The notes below the pieces were generated by a model. The model did not search any database. It was not told the DNA's origin and saw only the letters and a list, made by a program, of their open reading frames with translations. Made by a program: the position numbers and the translations under genes. DNA of 40,383 bases from Perkinsus chesapeaki ATCC PRA-425 (Eukaryota; Protista; Perkinsozoa), in NCBI GenBank assembly GCA_013115145.1, contig JAAPAO010000313.1, positions 1-40,383 of the forward strand. The letters are read 5' to 3'. Every line of letters begins with the position of its first letter. Positions within the stretch are counted from its first letter, which is position 1. Below, in pieces: positions 24,701-34,949 of this stretch.

Positions 24701-27700
24701 GTGAGAAATACACTCACTGGCCTATACACGTGAATCAGGGAAGTAGTGCCGGTGCCGGCATAGCCCGTTATAAATAATCCTCGTTGTCTTGTAAACAAGC
24801 TCGCTCACAGGTGACCATTCTGCGAGCATAATCCTGCGGCGGGATTCCTGCCATCAGCGAGGAGGAAGCGCAAGGATATTATTCCGGGTACTAGGTTGGT
24901 ACCCGGTAGGTTCTACCAGCTAACACCGGCCCGGTGTCACCGGGTAAAGGTACTGTACTGCAGCATAACAGTGGGCACAGGGACTCGCATCATCTCTATG
25001 CCAAATACTAGCGGGAAGGCTCGTATTAGCAACTTGCTACCAGCTAGTTTAAGCGCCACATTGTACGACTTGGATACGGGAACTTGGATCCGTAACGGAT
25101 CATCCATAACGGATGATCCGTTATAGGTATTCCTTTGCCTAGGAGGTCTAGGCTTAGGCTAGTAGCCTACGAGTAACTTACTCGTAGGCTACTCGGAGTA
25201 AGTGACTCAGTTTAAGTCCGCAACGAGATGCGAGGAAAATCTTCTGCCGAAGACGGCAATCCATTGTCCTAGCTTTCTTTCCTTACTTCGATCACTTTTA
25301 GGGCATTCCTTCGTTATACGCCCATGCTCAATCCTTCTAGGCTCCTCTTCGCCCGCCTTTTTCCCTAGTCCATCAATAACAGTGCTGTGCAGCTCCTCTG
25401 AAAAACTCACAGTTTGCATCGCGTTATGAATAACGATAAGTTAAGACAAGAACGAAATGAAAAGAATTGCCTCCAAAAAACGAAACAGTTTCTACATAGT
25501 TGGACGTAGCTCCTCGACAAGTTCGATACTGTGAGTATATGCTAATAAATATGTGAATATTTTCGACTAGGAATACCTGGATACCGCAACATTTGTACAC
25601 CAGGGGTGCAACCGTTGCCCCCTTGCACCGTTGCAACGTTGCAGTGCAACGTCAAACCGTGGCCAAACCAGACTGGTTTGACCGTGACAAGTTCACAGGA
25701 AGGAAGTTATTCCGACTTGCAATTTTCTTGAGCTTCTCAAAAACTCCGCTGGTGTCGATCCATTTGCGAAAGTCCTCTTCAATGTCTTGTGAGTCGTCAC
25801 CGATGCCTCTGAAAAAGTAGAGAAACTGCCATGGGATCGGGACCTCCATTTGGAGGCCTGGTGAAATAGCGGGAAAGCTTGAGCGAACACGAATGTCCAC
25901 GCGCAAGTGAGGTTTAGTGCTGCTCCTGATTCAGAAGTCCTGGAGGTTGTTTCGATTCAAATAAGCACGAAGCAGGCGCTGCCTGCTCGTCTCTTATTGC
26001 ATTCTGCTCAAGGACCGAGTCGAGTCATAAACCGTGATGACTCGGCCGCTACTCAGTAACGGCAGTAGCGTCTACTGCAGCTGTCGGTGCTACGAAGGCC
26101 GGGAATGCTGATTATGGGTAACAACCAGGCTTAGTTGGATATGGACGTAATGGTGGTCGCCAGCGAATTAGGGCAGCATGCTCATGTTCGTAGAAACTGC
26201 CCACAAAAGAAGCGGGATTATGCTGCCATCATACTAGTGTCACAGGTATGCTGGCAGCATATCATGTCACTGGTCCAGTGACGATACAGATGGTGGTGTA
26301 TGGCATACTGTATGCCGCATACACTGATTGAGGCTGAGCAGCCTCAATCTCGTACAATGACTAATGCTGGTAGTAATATTACCGTAATATTAGGTCTGCT
26401 GGCGTTGAAAATGACGTGGTGTCTTCAGTTCGACACACAACTCTTCCTGGCTCATGCTTGTATTCGTCTGAGCACTGTGTGTCTACTACTGGCACAGGTA
26501 GTCAAGTTTCTTCGCTTTCTTCTGGTCTCTTGAAGCGATTGTCCTTAGCGCATGTCATTGAATCTGCTTGTATTTTTCAGTCTCCTTCTCTAACCGCCGT
26601 TGATGGGTCACAGCTTGCTAGTAGCAAGTTGCTACTGCTGGTTACGTAATCCTGGCTTTCCATCTTAAAGACGATAGATCGGTTTCTCAGAAGTTTTACA
26701 AAACTCTTTTAACCCATCTATCACTCTCAGTGAGAGTCTTTCACCGATCCCTAATTCCTACTCTCAAAAATGTCCGTCGCGCACTAATTCCACATTTTCT
26801 CATTTTTTCACTAACAACCCTTCTTTTATTTCTCTTTATTGATCACACAGCTTTCCGAAATCAGGCAATCGCGCCCCGGTCATTTTTTGTTCCGCGTTGG
26901 ATCATACTTCCATGACTACACGGGTATCTCATGTGTAGCGCTAATGTGTAGCGCTTGTTGATCTTCGTAGAGGTTACGCCCATATGCTTCTTACGTAACA
27001 TGGCCTCTCAGCGCGAGCATTCCAGTTGACATCATACTCCCTTATCGCGATGCGACAGTCTATTTTGTTCCCATGGATCAGTTGAAGAAAGGCCTCACCA
27101 AACGGCCGGCGTCCGTACCTTGAACCCCTTTCCCCATCTAGAGAATTGATTCAATTTGTTGCTGGTTCACGTGAGCCACCCCTTGCATGGGGTCTCCAAG
27201 CGGAGGCTGCGCCATTGCACCATCCAAAGGAACGTGCAGGACATGGGAAACTTGATGGAAGCCAAAAAGAGCGAGTTGCTTAGCAGAGGAGTGAAAAAGC
27301 CAGTCGCTCCCAAGCGACAAGCACATACTACGGATGATACCAGCAGTCCATTTCCAGCGGTTCGTAAGGAGAAGGATACGCGAGGCAGGGGAGATGGACA
27401 GACTAATATCGGCGTTGCTTTACAGTTCAGTGATCCGATTGAGTGTCAGGACAGATAGAGTGTCCAGGGACAAGAAGTCTGCCGACGCGTCCCGGTTGCG
27501 CAGGCTGATCCGGCGCAACGGGCTAGGCCGCAGCAAGTTGCTGCCAGCTGTTGATGCCCCAGATGACCGATTGTGTAATGCGGTGTCCCAGTGGGGACAG
27601 TGTAGTGTCTATCACAAAGCTTATTGATCTGTAGCGTAGTTGTATCCATATTTATAGATTGTATTATCCCTTAATCTCCCTCTTGAGTTAATGACCTTTG

Positions 27701-28705
27701 CTACACCAACGGACAATAACACCAGCAACCAAAATAGGTTTTGACTTGTAACTATTGTCTCAAAAATACCGAGTCGAAGCCAGTAATATTGGCCCAGTAT
27801 AATTGTCCTAGAATGAGGCCACGCATCACGTGCCTCGAATGAGGAATATATATAATATCATATACATTATACAGCGATGGTGTGAGGCATACACTGTAAG
27901 CTCCGCAGTGCGGAGCCGTGCACGCGCGTGCGGAGTCAGCACGAGCGATAGGAGGCTTCTTAAACAAAAAGTATTCAGAGTCTGAATTTTAAACGGCATC
28001 ACCTTTCGAGTATCTTATTCGCCCCAACTCGCTGCATGGCGGCATCGGTCCTCCTAGCCATACCGTTAAACTGAATGTAGTTCAGATCGCCGAGGCCGAA
28101 AATGCAGTAGTTTACACCACTAAAGGTATCTTTCTGAGTGCCGCAAGAGTGCCTCAACCTCTGAAAGATTCCTACCGGAGTCGTCTTAAGATTGATAAAC
28201 TTATCAAATTTAATAGCATTGTCCGTGGCATCACCCTCACCAGTAGTTGCCAGTATCAGTACCTTCTCATAGAAAAAATGCTTTCCAGGAATGACCTTCA
28301 CCTTATACCACGAGCTTATGCTCACGAAAAACTTCCGGCTCGAAATCGGCCAAGTCACAAACCTTATTGGGGATGCCTTCAACAGTGGCCTCATCACCTG
28401 TGAGATACTCTCGCGGTAGATTCCGGGAAGAAAAATCTATACCAAATTGGATCGCGAAGGCTTCAGCTGTGCCGCTCTGCGAACCAAAGTAGATATAGGT
28501 TGTAGCTGAAACAGAGTAATTGAGTTCGAATGGTTTCACGATGTGACGAGTCGAATCTAGGCGCATTTAACACCAAGGGAGAAAATGCATCGCGCTGTAG
28601 GTTTGTGGACTTCTCCAACGCGAGCGAGGTAAATCATTTGAGAATGCCTTTCATATCGCGCCAAGACTCTTTGCCTAGGAGAATCGAAGCAGCAAGAAGT
28701 GTCAT
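21790..28705 (-). CDS. POR: NADPH-cytochrome P450 reductase (diflavin reductase), multi-exon; 3' end approximate
   Basis: YFGSQSGTAEAFA, ATTGEGDATDNAIKF, YCIFGLGDLNY, ER|GIGDDSQDIEEDFRKW (FMN domain); YDTADTIEILPAN; VMVATGAGIAPFR, LVYGCRTREDILY, LALSRE...KTYVQD, VMVCGQTNMCKD (FNR domain); putative start MTLLAASILL at 28705. Confidence 0.85.
24884..25193. repeat. Palindrome-dense tract inside the reductase gene span
   Basis: Perfect inverted repeats at 24884-24906 (8 bp), 24923-24937 (7 bp), 25093-25123 (13 bp) and 25161-25193 (16 bp, 1-nt loop). Confidence 0.75.
26160..26649 (+). mobile_element. Decayed Ty3/Gypsy-like gag-protease relic inside reductase intron 25809-28002
   Basis: Degenerate zinc knuckle (GQHAHVRRNCP, ~26171) followed by retropepsin-like (G)TGSQVSSLSSGLLKRLSLAH...TAVDGSQL (26491 onward; catalytic D reads as G). 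Confidence 0.55.
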
Positions 28706-28711
28706 ATGTTT

Positions 28712-28726
28712 CTGGTAGGGTTAGTA
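28712..28726 (-). promoter_or_regulatory. Branch point and acceptor (TACTAAC-CCTACCAG) 6 nt upstream of the putative reductase ATG; cis-intron end or trans-splice acceptor
   Basis: Minus strand reads TACTAACCCTACCAG|AAACATATG. Confidence 0.5.
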
Positions 28727-28729
28727 ATA

Positions 28730-30300
28730 CAGCCCTCCCCAATGAAATAGAATATTTCGTTTTTTAACGATTTCTCGTCTGCTACTGAGTGTACGACCTT
28801 AAAATTCTGTAGCATAGTACTAGAAGACACAGCAAGGAAGAACATGTAAATCGATCAACCGTTTCATGCCTGGGTGCAAAGATACCGGCGCGCGAAATTT
28901 TCCGCGCGCGCAGAACTGCCTCGGTAAAATAGAATACTTTCGAAAGACACGCGATACCAGCCACCGCCACGCAGTTCCTTCGTTGTTTCTCAAACATGGG
29001 CCGCTCCACACACGTTTCTACTGAAGATCGCGAAAAGATCAAGCCCATCCTGATGGCCGCAAGAAGTTCACACAGAAAGATTTGGCCGCTGCCTTCCAGC
29101 TCAGCCAAAGTGCGGTCAGTAAGATCATCAAGGAAGGCCCGAAGGACACGCCGGAGAGGAGGGGAGCGAAGCCGAAGCTTTCCCCGGCCCATAAAAGGCG
29201 GATCGTGCGTTCCTTGGTACAGGAGCCGGGGCTTAGCTGTGCGGGACTGGTCAGGGAACTGGGTTTGGATGTAGGTAGGGAGACGGTAAGGCGGTTTCTA
29301 GACTCCGAAGCAGCAGAGTGGGCCTCCGTGAAAGGGGCACCGGTCTTGAAGGCCACTCATAAGGCTGCTAGAGTGGCGTGGGCGAATAAGTATCTTGTTG
29401 GCGGGACAGATTTCAAGACCTTCGTTTTCACTGATGAGAAGAAATTTAATCTGGATGGTCCAGATGGCGTGTATCACTACTGGAAGCTCCCGAAGTCCGC
29501 TGACATCGTCAGGTCGAAACGTAGCTTCGGTGGTGGGTCGGTAATGGTCTGGGGTGCCATATGTGGTAGCAAGAAGCTTTCCTTGGCGGTGGTCGACACC
29601 CGCCTCAACTCTGCCAAGTACCAAGAGCTTCTGGCCGCCCACCTTCTACCCGTTCTGGAGCCAGGGATGACCTTCCAACAAGACAACGCGTCCTGCCACG
29701 CTTCCCGAAGCACTAAAAAGTGGTTGGAGGACCACGATGTACCGACTTGTACCTGGCCCTCGCTTAGTCCAGATTTGAACCCCATCGAAAATGTGTGGGG
29801 AAAGCTCGCTATGATGGTCTATCGGCCTGGTGGCCCCTCATATTCATCGGTGGAGCAGCTACGTGCTGCTATATTCCAGGCTTGGGAAGAAATGGAAGAA
29901 GAATTCGTGGGTAAGTGCACAGATTCCATGCGGAAAAGACTGTGTGCGGTTCTCGAGAGGGGAGGGAAGGTAATTGACTATTAAGTTTCTGATTTGTGAG
30001 TAGCATGTCAAAGCGTGTCTTTCATAGTACCTAGTATCACATTATGGAGTATTGAGTTGTCCAGCAGGGCGAGTAGCATTGGCTAGTATAAAGTATTCTA
30101 TTTTACCGAGGCAGTTCTGCGCGCGCGGAAAATTTCGCGCGCCGGTATCTTTGCACCCAGGCATGAAACGGTTGATCGATTTACATATTCTTCCTTGCTG
30201 TGTCTTCTAGTACTATGCTACAGAATTTTAAGGTCGTACACTCAGTAGCAGACGAGAAATCGTTAAAAAACGAAATATTCTATTTCATTGGGGAGGGCTG
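28730..30300 (+). mobile_element. Tc1-family DNA transposon, 1,571 bp, 211-bp TIRs, TA target-site duplication
   Basis: TIRs 28730-28940 and 30090-30300 differ at one position (28843/30187); begin CAG; TA at 28728-29 and 30301-02; internal transposase. Confidence 0.95.
28996..29984 (+). pseudogene. Tc1 DD34E transposase with one apparent frameshift near codon 16
   Basis: MGRSTHVSTEDREKIK (ATG 28996) is in a different frame from AHPDGRKKFTQKDLAAAFQLSQSAVSKII...FTDEKKF...FQQDNASCH...SPDLNPIENVW; 34 residues between the second D and E. Confidence 0.88.
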
Positions 30301-30495
30301 TATATCCTTCAATTCTTCTGTTAATTGTAATAGGGCGTTTATCACTTCATATAATATTTGACGACAGAATTGCCCTTTATCAATGCCGACATGCGCCATC
30401 GGATCATCCATGATGTCCCAAAGGAATATCGAAGCCCAAGAGGAATACATTATCCGTTTTCTTCAATTCCATTACAACTCCCTCAGAATCTTATT

Positions 30496-30636
30496 TCCTA
30501 TCGAACTCTTCATTATATCTCCTCCGCACTAGTAACATTCTCTCTATCAAACTCATTATCGTATCTTCGCACTGGTAGCATATTCTCTATCGATCTGTAT
30601 TATATCTCCGCACTAGGAAAATATGCTGTATCGAAC
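30496..30636. repeat. Degenerate tandem repeat (~41-46-nt units) related to the repeat at 1-103
   Basis: Three to four units of TCYCTATCRAACTC...TATCTCCGCACTRG. Confidence 0.7.
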
Positions 30637-31320
30637 TTTTTTCTCAGCATGAGGCAGAGAATTGACCCGCTGCATCACACCCCACATCGCCGGAAATCCA
30701 TTTTTATTTTCATTTCTGCAAAATTCTGCAAACTTTATACAACCCAGTCGCTTGAGCACATACGCGTCATCGTGTTTGGTTAACCGAATTACTGTCCCTC
30801 CCCCTACTTCCCGAATACTACTATCACATTCCGTTAATGCCGCCGTAGGCTCCTTTTGGGCAGGGTCGGGCTCTTCGCGATTTGGTGATGCTGGGGGCTT
30901 GAGTTTCGGCATGATATGTTTTACGAGCACACCCCTGAGCTTGAGTATCTGCTCTGATCATCTCGCTATATATCAAAATCCATTATATGATAGGGTCGCT
31001 ACCGGTGAACCCTGGACAGAGCTTGAGTTGCTAAGATTCACGAAGCTGTAGTCCTACTACAGCCCCTGAGGGCCCTATACTCTCTGGAAAGAAAGTGCAG
31101 CGAAATAATAAAAAATATCATATAGCAAGGGCAATATATTTGTTAAATACTTTATTGATTTATTTAGTCTCTTTTGAACAGCGTTTCCACCCCATATTCC
31201 CCGAGCCCGTGTGCCCAGCCCGAGCAACTCAAGAGTGTGAAGTTTGGAAGTGGTCGCTAACAGAAAATTTGTAAAATTTCCGGAAGTACCATCGATGCCC
31301 TCTATTTGGTAGCTGCCTGA

Positions 31321-31429
31321 GGAAGCTCCACAGGCCCACCTCCCTGAACTTTTAAGAGTAGGAAGCTCCACAGGCCCACCTCCCTGAACTTTTAAGAGTA
31401 GGAAGCTCCACAGGCCCCCCTCTCTGAAC
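31321..31429. repeat. 40-bp head-to-tail tandem repeat, 2.7 copies
   Basis: GGAAGCTCCACAGGCCCACCTCCCTGAACTTTTAAGAGTA twice exactly, plus a partial copy; no spacers. Confidence 0.92.
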
Positions 31430-32599
31430 GAAGGCAACGAAACATTGAGTAACATTACGCAACGCACAGGATAAGCTAGAGACGGACTATTAACCACTTC
31501 ATGTGGTACGTCATGCTGGAGCCGACATTTTTGTAGGATACTGCTGGTATGTTCCCTACCAACAGAAACTACCACAAGAAACTATTACGCTTTACTCTGC
31601 AACGTTCAGGAGATTAGCATGCATTAGCCATCCAAAAGTGGTTCATTCGAGACTACCGGCACTGTCGGTGGGTCAGCCCTGTCGAGCGGAGCAGATACGG
31701 GCCCTCCGGCAGGAACTTATGTCGTAAAGGAACGAACACCTCGGGACTCCTAGGGCCTTCCCGAGGCGCTGAGAATGGGCGGCCATGTGAGTCGATTGAG
31801 GAAATCAAACTCCTGCGTACATTACAAGGCACTGGTCCGAATGTACACACCTTCGACTGTCCCTCCATGTGGTCTTTACTTTCCTGATTGGGCGGAGAGC
31901 TTATCTGAGGAGAGTAAGGAGTTCACCAAGGTAACACTAATGCTGCTGCAAAGCTCACTAGACATGACCGATTACAACTTAAGTCTGCTCGAGGGACTCC
32001 ATATAGTGCATAATTGGTAAAACACCGAGGCTGGTTACCAAGTCACAAGGTGAAGCCTGTCTTCGTCTTCTACTACGTGCAGATGGTACTGCATGGTGCG
32101 CGCATCATCAAAATCGATCAAATTGGCGTGCGCTTTTTACAGCGCATGATGCCCTACGGTCGCATCGTTGCGTTTGATAAGGCCTTATCGTCACGTCGGC
32201 CCTAATAATGATTCTAATAAACCCTCTGAGCTCCGCGTGTGGTGGTTCTGGCCCTACTGGTGCACTGTGCTTTCAGCTATTACCTCACTTTATCAACTAA
32301 ATGCACTTTCCGACTGCCATCATCACCATTTATGGGGTCACCACCATCAACACCATTGAAGTAAGCTCGTCGCTGAATTATTATCCTCCTCTCTTAATTA
32401 ACCCCGCCTCTCAAATCTGCATTTGTCTATGCATGCTATCGTCTATTTTGTTGGCATCTGAAGGGTATTAAGCCATTTTATCTCCCCGTTGGTCGTCCCC
32501 CTTGCCCTACTTGGAGTGATTCTCTAAAGCGTCAAGTAGAGCCACACTAGCTCTACTCGACCCATCTCTTCGCTCGGTTGTGCCCTTTTACGTATTCCC

Positions 32600-34814
32600 T
32601 CCGCCTATGGTCGAAACACTCCTCTGTTTTCAGGCCCGATGCGATCGAAGTTCCTCTGGCCAGTTCCGCGGCTCATCGGCAACATTGAAGCCCGACTCCG
32701 AGGGCGTATCTTTCATCCAAGAGGGGGCTCAGGTTAGTTACACACTATGAAGATTTTCAAGAGGTTCTCCTCAGGCCAGCAGCGAAAGCCGAATGATGGC
32801 GTGGCCGGTCGCCTCGGTAGGCCAAAAACTGCCCTGATAGATTTTTTGTGGATGCTGACTATTTCAGGTTGCCGAGATTGCCTTTGGCCAAGGCCACTAC
32901 TTCAACGTACAATGCATGGAGAGCCATTGTGGAGCTCAATTGAACGACTGCCTGGATGAGACCGATGGCAGCATCGAACCAACTTTCAACAAGTAGGATT
33001 CGCTCTGACCATGCTTGCTCAGCGCCGACGAGAAAATCGAAGGAGAGGTGAAATTCGTTATTTCAGGGACAAAAAGACTCTGCACCAGTCTCAATGTGGA
33101 ATAGTGCTGACTTGCCTTTGGCATGAGGAGCAGGCTGAGGAGAAGACGGAACAGACCGAGAACAAGCAGAACCCGGTAGGTTCTCACCAGGGATCGAACC
33201 CGGGTCGCCTGATGGTTAGTTTCAGGGCAAGCTCTCCGCCCTGGCGACCAAAGCGCTGGAGTTCGCCAGAAGCGCTAGAAGGATGCAAGGCGCCGACCAC
33301 TGCACGGACGGCATCAACCGCCTTGATGAGTCCCCTATGGAGGGAAGTTTGATGAAGTGTGCGGCGGACTTTGGCTGTCAGCGCATCAAGACGTAGGAAA
33401 CTGTCGAGGACTGTTCAGCTGTTTCATTGGCTTCTCTTTAGGGACGACCTGGCAGAGCAAGCAGCTAGTGGTGCCGTGCCGGGGGAGAAGAAAGTGCTGG
33501 AAGAAGTTGCTGAGGTGAGCTAGGCGTTGGGCGGCGGCACTTGGCAGAAAATACGCGGTGCTGCATGCGGAGTGGATGAGGGAATTTGATGTGCATCATC
33601 ATCGGTTTATCAGCCCCCTAGGGAGTAAATGAGGTGATTTACAAATGCTGCGTATTCATGCATATTTCTTTATTACTTGTCTAAGTTAGTCGTGTATGTA
33701 CGCTTTTAGTGGACACTTGACACGATCATTTTTGTGACACTTGAAATGAGTTTTACTCACCTTTGTTGTTTTATTATTATCTTCTGTATTAGGGCAAATC
33801 GATGATGGAAATAGAGTCGTCGGAGCCTCAACTACAACCAGCTTTCGTCAGCTTTGATGCCATTGATCCCGAGTGCTGGCAGAGCAATTGTGATCTCGAG
33901 CTTGGCAACTGCGACCAAGGTGAGCAATGTCTCGTTGCTTCCAGCGGTGCGTTTAATGAAGCCTTACGGAATGCCTGTGGACGTCGTTATATTGTAAACC
34001 TGTAGATGTGGATAGATTTTCAAAGATGTAGCTTACAATAGTAAGCTCATCTGTTTACTATGATCGGTGTAGTGTGGTCGGATCCAAGGTGGTCAGATGC
34101 TCAGGTGGCCACTAGGGGGCGCCGCGTAAACATTAAAGATATAAACATTTATCACTCATCGGGATAACCTGCTTTTTCATATAACTGCACATCTTTACAG
34201 TTTATATGAGATTGACGACTGTATTATCACTTGTGAAGTGAATATAGTGTCATACCTATTGGGGGAATAGTACTCGATACAAGTGAATTGGAGAAACCAA
34301 TGTGGGCTGAAGATTATTTACATTCATACCTTCAGTTGGTTTTGTACAGCTCAAACGGCTGACTAGTGCAACCGATATATCCTCATCGAGTTCGACTCTG
34401 CTGCCTTTTCCCTGTCAGATATCGAGTGTCATTCAATGGTCGAGTGTCTGGAGATTCGGCAGTCCCGAGGGGAGGACGAAAACGAGTGCACGAAACATCT
34501 GTATAAGCTGGACAAGTACAAAAGCGATGTGCTGACTTGTGGAAAAAAGTCGAAGTGTTTTAAGGTGAGCACGCATGGCTCTGGAGTAGAAAGTCATAGA
34601 GGAAATATCAAACACAAATGGAATGCACTTCTTGTACTTTAACAGTTATTATTAGCAAATACTGACTTTAACCTATTTCAAGTTGATCCATACCTTTCAC
34701 GCCTATCATACGTCTCAAATGGAGGAGTTATCGGTTGTTTTCAAGAAAAACTTTCCTACCGCCGTTCCTGGTGATATCTCACTCGCTTCTTCGGGAACAA
34801 TTTTCGATGCCTGA
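32600..34814 (+). CDS. Multi-exon protein with two Cys-rich modules and SFIQ/SMME motifs (ends approximate)
   Basis: Exons join as ...EGVSFIQEGAQ|ASSESRMMAWPVAS|VAEIAFGQGHYFNVQCMESHCGAQLNDCLDE...SQCGIVLTCLW...|GKSMMEIE...ECWQSNCDLELGNCDQ|DIECHSMVECLE...KSKCFK|...GTIFDA*. Confidence 0.55.
33176..33225 (-). other. 50-nt intron containing an antisense tRNA 3'-half-like fragment
   Basis: Reverse complement GGCGACCCGGGTTCGATCCCTGGTGAGAA forms a complete T-stem-loop; intron removal joins KQNP|GKLS in frame. Confidence 0.7.
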
Positions 34815-34949
34815 GGGATGCGTTGTCGTGTGACTAGATAAGTCGACGCCGGTAACGTGTCGTGTATGAAGCTCTCTATTTGCAGCACTTGTTAGCCCTG
34901 GACGCAGCCGGATGCATAATCGTTGCTTTAATCGGGGGTCTCCTTGTAG

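Noticed and set aside
29031-29050. Programmed frameshift in the transposase (A_AAG or CCC codon)
   Set aside because: No canonical slippery heptamer; the CCC recoding known from Perkinsus is mitochondrial; a 1-nt deletion or sequencing error is simpler.
31321-31429. CRISPR-like array
   Set aside because: Units are head-to-tail with no spacers, there are no cas genes, and the context is eukaryotic.
31950-32200. Reverse-transcriptase remnant on the minus strand
   Set aside because: Only a vague resemblance, several stops, and no YxDD motif.
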